Notes: generated from the sequence alone by a model not told the origin. Shown: positions 1 to 15,963, counted from the first letter of the stretch. The stretch: DNA of 64,000 bases from Zygnema circumcarinatum SAG 698-1b (GCA_037447605.1 CM074808.1:3162001-3226000); one strand, 5' to 3'. Made by a program: numbers and translations.

Positions 1-215
1 AAAACAGAGCAAAATCTCATTGGAACACCCAAAAACCTTCTTTTTTCTTTTATAGACTTTCTCTCTTACAAAAGAAAGTCATCAAAGTGATACAAAGGAA
101 AGAAGTAGATGCTTACAAACTTTCAACGAAAAATCTTACAATAATTATCGTTGTTACTATCAAACAAGGAAAAAAGTTACAACCAAAAAACAACAGAGCT
201 CACCTGTTTTCACGA

Positions 216-270
216 AAGTTGCCTTGCCGAAGTTGCCTTGCCGAAGTTGCCTTGCCGAAGTTGCCTTGCC
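216..270. repeat. 14-bp tandem repeat (AAGTTGCCTTGCCG) x~4
   Basis: Direct reading: units start at 216, 230, 244 and 258. Confidence 0.9.
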
Positions 271-484
271 TTCAACAAGATTCTCAGTGCCAAAAGCACG
301 CAAAAAAAAAAAAACAAACCAAAAACTTCGATGCAAACGCCATGGCGAGAGGTCGCAGCAACGCGTACTTACGCGAAAGAAGAGGGATAGAGAGGGAAGG
401 AAATGGAGAGAGGTGAGGGCTAAGCCAAGGGCCTCTCAAGGGGACGGGAGCTAGCGTGCGCGAGAATGCAATCACGTTCGCCGT

Positions 485-2043
485 TCAATAGCTTGCGAGT
501 GAACAGGGTAGTAGCTCAAAGTGACCGTAAACCGTATAATAATACAAAGGCACTCCGCATCGTCCAGTCTTTTTTCTAAAACTCTCTCCGCCGTCTGATA
601 TCTCCAAAGCTGCCTCCGCGGTCCGATCTGGATTTGGGATGCCTTCCGACACCTCCGAGCCAACATATGCGTCGGTCGATGATCCCGAGCCTCTCTCGCC
701 GTCTGATGAAATAAACAGCTCAATCACCGCTCTTTCATCTCGCAAATGAACTAACAGAAATGGAAAAAAAGAGCGTGAGCCCTTGCCTTTTCTTCAAGAT
801 CGTCAATACGGTCCAAAACCGGCGGCGATGTTTTCTCTGGCTCATGTTTTTTCTCGCCGCCCATACCGGGAATGTATCCTCGAGCCTTTTCAGTTATTGC
901 CTTGTTGCTTTCTTGTATCGTATGCAACACTTCGCGTCTCTCTTCCGTCGCCGAGTGGGGGTCCTTGCTTTGCTGAACATCCCCTTGGTGAGACGGAGGT
1001 TGATGCTCCTGCAAGCGCCAGTTTTGAGATCTACGCTACATATAAGAACATATAAGAACAAAAACAGGAGTTACAAATATTTGCAGGAGCTGAAGCAAAT
1101 AGGGCCAAATAAAGATTATGCTCACAAACACAGAACAAACAAATAAAAATTGTCATGAAGGTCGTCCGAGATCCTAGAAAAAAAATTCTCAATTCATCAT
1201 AAACTAATCACACTACCACTCGGGAATTTGCACAACAAGTTCACTTCCGAATATTCTAAATTGACTACGAACAAAAAAGAATCCGTCTCCCAAGAGATTC
1301 CACGACTGCGATATACCAATATCAATTAAGTTTGAAAATAAGCGAGAAATTTTATTTTCTAAACCAACAGTTAATCAAAATCAATTAACTCACTTTTCAG
1401 TGACAATTATGCAGCGAGGAATGGCCATCCTTGTTACCTCAACCCTCAGCAAGGATTCAACGAACTTAAATGAGAGAAAAAATCGAAGGAATAATCACAC
1501 ATCACATCATCATCATCACATCTGAACAGCATCCAGTCTCCACTTTCATTTTGCTTCCAAAACTTCCAATAGAGAACCAACGCTTAGAGAATCCCCATCC
1601 ATTCGATGCCAAAGCACACAGTCCCTGCACACACCTCTGGAACGTTAACCACAATCCTTTCGCTTAGTTGCCCTCCTTCCCTTGATATCCAACTATCCAA
1701 CTCAGTAAGGAGCCTGAACATGAACCTTCTAAACCCCTCCTTCCCCCTCTTTCCTCCCCCTCCCACTTCCGCTCCTTCCCACAACCTCCCGGACCACCAC
1801 CCCCACCGGCAGCACCCCCTTTCGGCCGCGCGGAGCGGCGGGACGAGTAGTTGGCGCGTTGGCAGAGCCGCCACGTGCGCCCTCGCGCGCATGCACAGCG
1901 AGCCCCGGAGCGCCGACCTCGCCTTCCCTCTCCTCTCCCTCTCCGCCCCGCCNNNNNNNNNNCCCCCCCCCCCCCCCCCCCCCCCCCATGCCCGCCGGCC
2001 GGAAGCACGTGGTCATGGCTATTGAAAAAGACGGAGTGGACAT
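485..2043 (-). CDS. Putative multi-exon gene of unknown function (model uncertain, first exon crosses an N gap)
   Basis: Minus-strand segments bounded by GT/AG join in frame (..LLTELDSWISREGGQLSERIVVNVPE|FVESLLRVEVTRMAIPRCIIVTEK.., EHQPPSHQGD.., VHLRDERAVIELFISSDG..). No family recognised. Confidence 0.35.
1953..1962. other. Assembly gap (10 N) within a poly-C run
   Basis: N characters in the sequence. Confidence 1.
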
Positions 2044-3171
2044 TGTACGATCAAAGTGAGGACAGAGAGAGTTGACACAAAAGACAGATGTGTGATTAAC
2101 GTGGTAAAAAGTACAATGTCCTAATCTGTTTTATATACATTGCGGCTAGAGCTACACGACAAAAGAGTGTGGAACTAGCCTGAGTAAGGGCGGTTGGGTG
2201 TAAGCACAGAGCCGCAAAGGCACAACTAAACTAACGGTGAAAGTACAAGCTAAAAGGACAGCCAGGTGTAAGTACACGTGGCTGGGAAAACGACAAAATA
2301 GTACGACAAAACTGAGAATGTCGGATTCTCAACAATGGCGGCCGGGAAAGCCTCCGAACCGAAAAGTATTTTCCTGCCCGGCGGAGAGCCGGGACCTTCC
2401 TATTGGCTATCACTCCGTTTGGGCAAGGAAATCATTTTGCAGGACGGGCAGCTGGAGGATGGGGTAGACCGTACGGTAATGTACCAATATGTACGGCATC
2501 ATCACGGTGGCAGTTAGCCAACCATTGGCAATGGTTGCAACCGTTGGGTGCCAATGGTTGCGTAGATTTGTCTTTCCTTGGCTTTTGTGTTCCATTCCAC
2601 GTCCGTTCCGTTGTCTTGAGGCTGATTCGTGAGCTTGGCATGTCAGTGTTGAATTATAGGATGCAGACAAAACCCAACAAGGGGAAAATGCAGAACATGC
2701 GCAGCCTTCATTAGCAGGGCGTTGTTCACTAATGTTCATCAGGTGAAAAATGGCTAATTTTGACACATTTTCAATTCTGTACAGCAGTGTCTCCTGGCGT
2801 TAAGGTCGGTGAGAAGCCGGCCTGAGCAGAACGGGGCCTGCTTCCACTTGTTGCTAGTTTTATAAAGGACAACCCCTATCCAGAGAAGCTCTCTTCAGGT
2901 TTCTTCAGGCCTAACTGTGCCCGCTCTGGAACTCCGAGTCCTGCATAGTCCCATCTGACGACAGAGGCCCTTTCTGAAAGACTGCTTGGCAACTCTTTGA
3001 TCCGCACAGGGGCGACCTGCAGAATGGCTGCCATTGCATACTGTAGTGCGTGACTGGATCACACTCTTGGTCCGGTCCAGGAACTCGGAAAGGTCCAACA
3101 CTTCTCCGCTCTGCTTCCCTCCATATCCAATACAAATCTTATTGTTTGTTCCACATGCTGATGTTGTCCAT

Positions 3172-3322
3172 GTACATTTGATGGCATCATCGCCATCGTG
3201 AGATCAATGCCACATCCCCATTGCATGTCATGTACATGCCATATGATGGCATGTGTCGTTGCGACCAGTTCCTCGTGGTTCCCAATGTTGATTTTGTCCA
3301 TGTACATTCGTGAGATCAATGC
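3172..3322. repeat. Dispersed repeat matching both flanks of the tRNA-Cys gene at 16.1-16.4 kb
   Basis: 3172-3211 is identical (40 bp) to 16357-16396. 3259-3298 matches 16095-16134 at 35/40 nt. A partial second copy lies at ~3296-3322. Confidence 0.85.
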
Positions 3323-4462
3323 CACTTCCTTTTTCTACTTCGCTCGTCGCTAGTGCCCTACATATAACCGTCAGTGGGTCGACCGCCACTTCACCGTACC
3401 GTAAGACCTACCGTACCTGCCCAGGTGCTCCCATGTGGTCCCTCATATCCCAAAAGTGGTCCGCGTGGAGTCCCGTCCGCACTTGGCGCTCGCCTCCGCT
3501 GACGCGGCCGGGCCCCCATTTGGGGGCGCGTCTACGTGGCGGTTGACCGGTTGGCCCCGCGGATTTGCCTTCCGTGGCATTAGGCCGGCGTGGCGCCTGC
3601 GTGGGCCGATCTGGCGGGGGATTGGGGGGGTCTTTTCTGACGTGGACGCCACGTGGCGCGTCCAGGAGATGCGGCCTCCAAAGGACTGTGATCCGGACCT
3701 CTGCCGAAGCTCTGCAGAGCTGAGCCGAGGCAGTCCCGGGCCTGGGCGGTGACCGTACGGACGGGCGCGACTTTGCACTCCTGGAGGTAACGGCAGTCTC
3801 CTGAAGGGAAAAAAAGAAGGGTCTCGTCGAGAAAATGTTTCAATTACTGCCCTATGTTTGCTTTAACCAATCGTGGGCGCGAGGTAGGCTACAGACACGT
3901 GTCACGTGGCAGGTCTGGGATAAAATGTTTTCTTTGGGCAGACAATATTGTTTTTCGGGCAGCCCGCGGTGGCTGGTTCTGGTGCAGGGCGGTAGGTGCG
4001 CTGGCTGGCTGGCCTGTTGACGGCGGGCGCTGCCTCTTGCTGCCCAGAGAGAGTATTTCTGGATGCGCCGGCGCTGCGCTGCGGAGGAGGAGGTTATTGG
4101 AAGGGCCAGGACTGTTTCAAACCTGCTTGTTGCTTCGGATTTCGCTGGGCTTCTTCTGCTTCATAGCAATACAGCGTACGTGGAAACCCTGCTGTCTTAT
4201 GCAGAAGTGGTAGCACATTTTCCCGGGTTCGTTTTGTCGCTTGCAAAATGAAAGCCTTGTCCTAGGCGCGGTATTTCTGTCGTATTTTATATTTTTTTGA
4301 ACGTAGCTGACAGTATACGATGCCTTGTGCTGAAGTCGTATGCGGAATGATTTGACTGACAATGTTTGCGAGCTTTGAGGGAGAGGAGCTTGATCCTAGC
4401 GCCATTGTCGTTTGTAATTCCTGCAGGTTGACACACATCAAATTTCTAGCGTGTCAGTGAAG

Positions 4463-8682
<4,220 letters not shown>

Positions 8683-9560
8683 GGGCGGCTGGGGCTCGTG
8701 CCCTATGTGCACTGTACATTGAGAATGTCGTTTGCAGAACTTGTTCATATGAAGCCTTGCTGCCAAGAGCGAGAGTGCGGGATATTCACTCGCTTCATGT
8801 ACCCCAATTCTTCTTGTCCTTTGCTTGAGGCCTTGTTTCAGTATGTTGACTGATGCATGAATTTCAACGACTACAATAGCTCATATTGGTGCTTCTTGGT
8901 TCGCCCTTTTTATGCGCTGCAAACATAGTTCAGTACCAAGTGTTTTTCAGTTCCAAGCGATAATATTACGGATGTATTGCCCAGCACAGCAACAGCACAG
9001 CACAGCAGCACATGCCATTTTGATGCGACAAGCAATTCTGATGTCCTCTGTTTGATACAATATTGTGAAACCGATACGAAATAGCCATCCTTCTCACTTC
9101 TCACAATACAAAATGATACCATAGGACGCTTTATCAGAATTGGACCCTTCGGGCTATAAGATAAACAAACAAACTCTCTGGAAACTGGATGCGCTTGGCG
9201 TGTTCTTCTCTCAACTGCATCGCCTCTGGGAAGAAGAAATTCAGAATGGCCCGATTGTACTCAAATTACAGTAACTTTCCCAAATCTTGCGCTTGTGCAG
9301 CAGGTGCAAAAACTTTACGATACATGAATATGCAGAATGGAAATCAAGCAAAAGTGCTTTGCTACACGACTCTCTTAACAAGCGATGTCTGACAGGTGCG
9401 CACAACTGAAACTGTCCTGTTCTGCCAGGCGTACCATCTCTCCACAATATTGACAAATAATTTTTACATTCACTCAGCCTCATCGCAACCCACCGTGTTT
9501 CGTAAACTCCACGGAACAATCCAAGCATGAATGGCGCACAAAATGTTTTGAAGCCGCCAG

Positions 9561-11879
9561 TCAAAGCTCCTGTCGAGGGCCTTCCTCCTGCCCCGCTGCA
9601 ATCCTCCCATTCCCAACAACAGACCAAATGCTGTCTCCCCGGGTCAGCCCTGCTGCGTCCTCTCCATTCAGCCGCTTCAGAAGCAACCGCACCACATTGT
9701 GAGCAGAAACCGCCGCTGTTTCCATCGCACTCGCAGCACTCTCAAACGTGTTGATGTAATACAAGTGATTGTCGTCCAGAAGAAAGGGCGCAAAGCTTTC
9801 CGGAGCTTCATAGTGAGGATATGCCGCCCAATCAATACTGGCTGCAGGTCTTCGATACCTGCCATTGGCTTCTCCAGATTCCTGTTAGAGCAAACTTAGG
9901 CCCCGAAAAGCAAGCGGGCAACACCTCACACCCAAGTCCACCACCTCTTTTCCGAAAAGCCTCAAAACCAGCCTTCATCTAATCAACCCCAAACAACCCT
10001 TTCTTTCCTCACCTGAACAACTGATCTAGCAGCGTATCCTCGACTCGCTCCCGAGAAAAGATTTTGTAAGTGGCATCGGACGGACCATAACGCTTCAATA
10101 CATTGATGCTCGAGAACGGAACTGCTTCCGTTTCAGTTGTGCCGATGAACGACGGAAGACCTCCCTCTCCTACTCCAAAATAAGTCTGCAAGAAGGCACT
10201 CAGGTATTCACTTCGAGGACTTTGAGGTCTTCAACACATGTAGTAAACTCCGAACTTTTCACAAAAGGCTTCAACTGTACAAAGGATTGGAGATGTAAAA
10301 GCCCTCAAATATTTCACTCACCGGATCCAAATCTCCACGAACAAATGTCGTATGAGTGTGCTGGAACCTCCTGGCAGGCACATTGACACGTGGCACAATC
10401 TCGAGCCACCCTTCCTCCAGGGGAGTCGCTACAATTACTGCCTGGCAGCCATAGCTCTCATTTCTTGAATCGCCACGCTCGTCAACTTTGACATTTAGAA
10501 TGTATCCTTCCCCGTCGACCTCATTGCTCTCACATCGTGCATCCTCTGAGCACCTCGTGACAGACATAACGCGACTGTTTGGATGAAAAGTGGCATTCGA
10601 GACCTTGAGAAGTCCCTCGGGAATCCGCCGATTTCCTCCTCGGACTGCCCAGAATTTACCGACGGCGAGACCGACGGCTCCAGCAAGACCGCTAATGCTC
10701 ACATTCTGACCATAATTAACGCGGATTATCATCTGGAAATTGGCACAAAGGCAGGCAAACGAAGAAGAGGAAAAAGACAAGGAAAGGAAACCATGAAGAA
10801 GAACGACAATGAGCACAGCTAATGGCGTAGCTCGAGGTTAGAAGCTCGAAAAAAAACTACGCATAAGCACATTACTCGCCCTAAAATAAAAGAAGCCAAA
10901 TGATAGAACAGTAATGTAACATGTTAAACGTTTTGTGTCTTTACCGTTACAAGCTCGTTGATTAGAAGGGGAGGTAAGCCTTCCTCCAACAACACATCCG
11001 CCAGTTGGCGCTGAGTGAGGCCATAAAGGTCGACGGAATCAAGAAGACTCTTCACATCATAATAAACGTCGCGATTTTCGTCGTACAGAAGTGACCATAG
11101 ATCTAACTTTCGCTGCAAACATCATCTATTAAACAATTAAAAAAACTGCCGATCCAATCCAAAAAATGATTCTAAGACGATGCGACCACGCACAAAGGAT
11201 TGCATTAATACACAATCAATAAAAGAACTCTTCAAATCACAAAGCTAGAAAACGTCCATTTCTCCAATTCTCTCAAAAGCACAAAAAATCCAAGAATGCA
11301 GAACCCCACGATACAGAATAATGATTATTTTTGAATAAACCCCGAGACCCAAGAATTTAATCTATTAAATCCCCAAAAAATGCAATAAAGCGGCACCTTA
11401 ACAAATGCCTGCATTCGCGTGAGCCCGAACAGACCGTAGCGAAGCATCAGCCTCGCACTGTTCACAATATCTGCAAATTTTTGGCTCCAAACACTTCCTC
11501 CCAAATACAAATCTTTATACTCAAATTTTCTCCCTCCCCAAATTCCAAGTCCCGAGGAATCGTTCATCAGCTGCATTCTCTCTAGCCCCAAAAGCTCAGC
11601 AAAGCGCACTAAGTGGAGGTTTTTTTCGTGAATTATGGAGGCACCAGCTTCGAAAACGTCACCCTCGTAGGAAATAATATCAGCCCTACCCCCGGCCCTT
11701 TCCCGAGCTTCAAAAACGTGTACATTGTGGGGAAAATTTTCCGAAGAATTTCGCAAGAAAAAGGCGGCGGAGGTTCCGCCTACACCTGCTCCTATTATGC
11801 AAATGTTCCCGGCAACAGAGGCCTTGAAAAAGGAAAAAAAAATGAAGGCAACAACAGTGCCAAGGAAGGGGCTCGCCAT
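9561..11879 (-). CDS. FCLY: Farnesylcysteine lyase / prenylcysteine oxidase (multi-exon)
   Basis: Signal peptide, FAD-binding ICIIGAGVGG, VFEARERAGGR, FEAGASIIHEKN, FQHTHTTFVRG, and the C-terminal INTFESAASAMETAAVSAHNV motif of the prenylcysteine lyase family. Confidence 0.93.
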
Positions 11880-11985
11880 GGGGGGCCTTCAGGGCACCCT
11901 CGCGGCGAAGGACAGAGAAAGAACCAAGTAAAAGGGAAGTCCTTCAAGAAAAACATGACTTTATCGGAGGGCCGAATATTGACTA

Positions 11986-12135
11986 GTACGAATTCGTACA
12001 GTTCTGCACTGCTTTCGTACGAGACCCAAAGCCGTACAATATTGTACGGATAAAAATAAGTATAGACTTAAAAAGCCACGTCAAATGCCACGTCCCAAAG
12101 TGACTGCCACGTGGCTGCCACGTGTCAGTCACGTC
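11986..12135. promoter_or_regulatory. GTAC palindromes plus a five-ACGT G-box/ABRE-like cluster in the FCLY-pirin divergent promoter
   Basis: Perfect palindromes GTACGAATTCGTAC (11986-11999) and CCGTACAATATTGTACGG (12032-12049). GCCACGT at 12075, 12087, 12106 and 12117, and CACGTC at 12130. Confidence 0.65.
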
Positions 12136-12401
12136 AACAGAACGCGATATCATGGAACCTGGAACGCGTCGCACGCAACGCTAAGACGGTCCATGGAGCT
12201 CCGCCCTCGGACTCAAAACGTTTTCTGGGTTCTGCCCAATATGCCGGGCAGCTAAGAAAAAGCAGCCTGGCAAGCTCTGCGAAGCTTCGCAGGCTGTGGC
12301 AGGAAGGCCTTGGAAGCTCCCCTCCCTGCTGAAAGCTTGAGAGAGGAGGCAACCATGGCGGCCATGGCGCTCTCCCGGTCGCCTCTGCTCTCTCTTTTAC
12401 A

Positions 12402-14130
12402 ATGGAAGGCATGGCGGTGGTCCGTCACGTGGCGAAGAAGTGGCCCGTTACCGAGCTGCCCGGACCTGACGGGCAGGCCTTGAAAAAGAACATCCTTTTG
12501 ATGCCTGTGAGCACATTCTCTCATTGGGAGGAGCTTTGGCTTCTCTCTCTCTCCTCACTTGATTGTTTCAGAATATGATTTTCTTGCTTTGATGCATGCG
12601 GAGCTCGCCTCATAGACTCACCATCAGCTCAGTCCACCTCAGAACTGCAGGGCTGCAAACTCTAAAAACGCAAGAATTGTGAAATCTTTGTATCCGAATC
12701 TCTCTGATTCGCTCACATCAGCCTTTTACTTTCTTACATTTCCTGATTCATCATGTTTTTCTTTTCTTTTTGTGCGAACGTGTGCAGGGAAACTGGGCGG
12801 AGTTCGACCCGTTCCTGATGATGGCGGAGGACTGGATGCAGGCGGGCAGTAGGGGCGGGCCCGGCTTTGACCTGCATCCGCACCGCGGTTTTGAGACCGT
12901 CACCGTCACCTTGGAGGGCTGCTTGGAGCATCGCGACACGCGGGGAGGGCACGGCATCATGCAGGTGGCAGTACATTCCTGTCTGAAGCAAACCAGCACA
13001 ATTTCGTTTAGAGACACATTTTTTTTTTCTGATGTGGATTTGATTTTATTCTGAAGATCTGTAACTTTGAAGAGTCTGCTTGGCCCTTCGCTTTGTTTGT
13101 TTCGGGAGGGAAGGGGATTCCTTTAGAAAGGTTTTAGTCCCTTGATGCCATCGTTATTGCTAAGCTTGTTCTGTTCTGAAAAGTCTTTTTTGTGATGTCA
13201 GGAAGGAGACGTGCAGTGGACGACGACGGGTCGGGGCGTGCTGCATTCGGAGAAGCCCAAGGGCCCAAAAGTAACTCGAGCGACGCAGCTTTGGCTGAAC
13301 CTCCCGCGGGCAAACAAATGGGTCGAGCCTCGATATCAGGTAGAACAAACATTCTGCATGACTTTAAGCGAAACGAGAAATGTAAATACTGAGTTACTAC
13401 TACTTATTTTTGGTCGCCAACATTAGAATAGGCCTAAAAGCCCTAAAGTCAATCAGTTGGGCTTGCATGGCATTGCAGGATATTTCAAGAGCAACTATGC
13501 CGATTGTTGAGTCGGACGATGGGAAAGCAAAGGCTTATTTGTTTTCGGGCAGCATAAATGGGGTGTCATCGCCGACCAAAAACTATGCAAAAGTTTCTGC
13601 ATTCGATGCAGACATATCTCTTGGTGGCAAATTAAGCGTTAATATTCCGAAAGCTTACAATTCCTTTGTCTATATTCTCAACGGAAGCGGATTTATCTGC
13701 GATACACTGTTGAATCAAGTGAGCCTTCACTCTCTTCATGCAGATTTGTGATGTAAATCTTAAGTTAAAGGAAGGAAAAGGTATTTAGTGAAATGTGTCC
13801 CTCTTATTTGTTGGTTTCTTTGAAAGCACGGACGTTCTTGTTGGTTTTGAAGCATTCAGGGGCTCCTCGACCTTTTCGGGCTGTCATGTACGTCTGTTTT
13901 CTGTGTGCCTGCAGGGAATGGTGGCGCTTCTCCCGCCGACGGGGGACATGGAAAACGAGATGGACCAGATTGATTTAAAAAATCCAGATTCAGAAATGAC
14001 ATTTAGAGCTCTATTTTTTGCTGGGCTGCCAATTAAGGAGCCGGTGTATCAGTCGGGGCCGTTCGTTATGAATTCTAAAGAAGAAGTTCAGCAGGCTTTT
14101 GAGGATTATAGGGCCGGGCGACTGGTTTAG
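12402..14130 (+). CDS. PIR: Pirin-like cupin protein, ~5 exons
   Basis: FDPFLMM, HPHRGFETVT, VQWTTTGRGVLHSE, QLWLNLP, and C-terminal EPVYQSGPFVMNSKEEVQQAFEDY. The His-x-His...His-x-Glu metal ligands are intact. An alternative upstream ATG exists at 12355. Confidence 0.95.
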
Positions 14131-14578
14131 ACGCACAGAAATAATGCCCGGCAAGGAAAAGAGGTTGTCATTTGAGGCTTTTGAGGTTTTTAGGGTTTAT
14201 AGGGCTTTACTCAGATGTATGCTGGAGCTGCTGGCATGAGCAAATTGTATATACTTTATGATTTTTTCTAAATTGTAAAAACTTGGAAATTTTCATCCCC
14301 TGCATCTGGTTCAATTCGACTTTTTGGATTCTCTCTCTCATACATACTCTCTCTGCCTCTTTTGTTCGCCCTTTCCTCCTTTCCAGCTGACTCGGCATTC
14401 ATTTCTTTCATTTCTCTACCCAGTCTTTAAGCTTTACTGCTTTAGCCTTTGTGTTAATAAGCATATATTTCAACAATGAATGAGTTTTCCAGAATGAATA
14501 TACTTTTTTCTCTTTCAAAATCGAAAAGAAGTCAGCCTCTACAGTTCAATGCGCAACCCTATTCAATACATTTGAACA

Positions 14579-14633
14579 TTGAGAAGTTGAAAAGTGCTTA
14601 AAATTGCTTCTCAATTTCTCAACCTGTTTGGTT
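14579..14633. repeat. ~55-bp internally palindromic element, copy 1
   Basis: TTCTCAATTTCTCAACCTGTTTGGTT (14608-14633) is identical to 15993-16018 and is preceded by inverted TTGAGAA. Confidence 0.8.
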
Positions 14634-15037
14634 ATACGGTAATGAGGGAAAAAAGGAACAATCTCTGGCTTGCATGTCTGACAGGTACTGTGCTTTAGAA
14701 ATCCGTCGGGACAAACGGTCGGCAAGTGTTGGCGGGGTGCCTTCCTTCTCCAAGTTTAGGGTTGCAAGCTGCTCTCTTCCTTCCCCTGCTCTCCCCTGCT
14801 CACTGACGGCAGTCACTGGCCATGCGTCCGTCCTGCAGACAGAGATAGCTTCATCATTAGTTGGTCTTCTTTTCGATTTTGCCATTGAGAAAAATCCTGA
14901 CGTTTCCAATCGATAACTTCCAGGCCCTTATTTTTAAGGTTTTTGACGACTCTTTATAGTGGCGCTGGACGAAATGTTCATTTAAGCTCTCATACTGTCG
15001 CTTATATTTAAAGTATGTCCATGGTATATTGATTGTT

Positions 15038-15153
15038 GGAGCCTCCGAAGAGGCTTCCCAAAAATATGGTATGCCGCGTACTGTACGAGGTGCACGGTAT
15101 TCTTTAGTAAAAGGCGAAAGAATAGTTCGCTATGCGCCTCGTACACGGCTGAT
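15038..15153 (-). ncRNA. U5: U5 spliceosomal snRNA
   Basis: The minus strand reads AGCCGTGTACGAGGCGCATAGCGAACTATTCTTTCGCCTTTTACTAAAGAATACCGTGCACCTCGTAC..., with invariant loop I GCCUUUUAC (15115-15107), Sm site AUUUUUG (15065-15059) and a 3' UUCG-capped stem-loop. The 5' end is approximate. Confidence 0.96.
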
Positions 15154-15215
15154 AAAAAACTCAGAGGCGGCCTTTAGAGTAAGTACCATGGAGTTGCACT
15201 GTAAGTTGAAGTTAT

Positions 15216-15222
15216 TGTGGGA
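15216..15222 (-). promoter_or_regulatory. USE-like element (TCCCACA) of the U5 snRNA promoter
   Basis: Matches the core of the plant snRNA USE (RTCCCACATCG), ~63-69 nt upstream of U5. No clear TATA box. Confidence 0.6.
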
Positions 15223-15301
15223 GAAAGAAAGCGGAATTGCGCCGCACAATTATTATTATACAATAATTTTATAATATTAATTAGTCGTTTCTTTCACAGC
15301 T

Positions 15302-15373
15302 GGTTCTATGATCTAGCGGTTATGATGTCAGACTCTGAATCTGAATGCCCGAGTTCAATTCTCGGTAGGACCT
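15302..15373 (+). tRNA. tRNA-Gln-CTG: tRNA-Gln (anticodon CTG)
   Basis: 72-nt cloverleaf: acceptor GGTTCTA/TAGGACC, anticodon arm TCAGA-CTCTGAA-TCTGA, T arm CCGAG-TTCAATT-CTCGG, followed by a T-run Pol III terminator. Confidence 0.92.
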
Positions 15374-15963
15374 TTTTCATCGTCCACTTTTTCAAGTCCA
15401 CGCAAATCTCGCGCGATGTTCTGTATAAAAGTGAAGTACCAAACGCCGCGCTTTTGCAACATAGGAACCACACGAGAGTTGACCTACCTGCTGTCCAACT
15501 GTGTTGGTGCTTCATTGGGCAATTGAATACGCGTTTCCGTTTTTCCAAAATGGTTGCTTTTAGTCCACTGGGACAAAAGACGTGTGTGTTAAATTTTGCG
15601 TGCGTTGCAAAATTTTGTAGAAATAGAGCAAGCAAACGTGAAGAAGTGGTTTTGCATTTGCCACATTGTCTGTTCACAGGCAGTTGTGCAGATGTTATTG
15701 CAGTCGCCACTGACTGAGACACGGCTGACGACATTTTGTCTCACATGTGGCTATGGGATTTGACAAGTTTCTGCTCTTGCTCCGAAGACGGGGCGGGGCT
15801 CAATGGCTCACGTGGAGGGGGCTATGAAGAGAGAGAGAGAGAGAGCGAGAGAGACGTGTCACACTGAGATTGGTACATCCCGTTTCACTTTTAGCAAATC
15901 TAATTAGGTCTACAACATCCCAATTCCAGGAATCTCCTCAAAAGTATGAAATGCTGGAGGACT

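Noticed and set aside
2895-3135. Short ORFs in the left intergenic spacer
   Set aside because: Under 80 aa, with no family features and no supporting splice pattern.
15140-15170. Hammerhead ribozyme core (CTGAT...GAAA-like)
   Set aside because: It lacks the CUGAUGA/GAAA architecture. The surrounding hairpins are explained by the minus-strand U5 gene.
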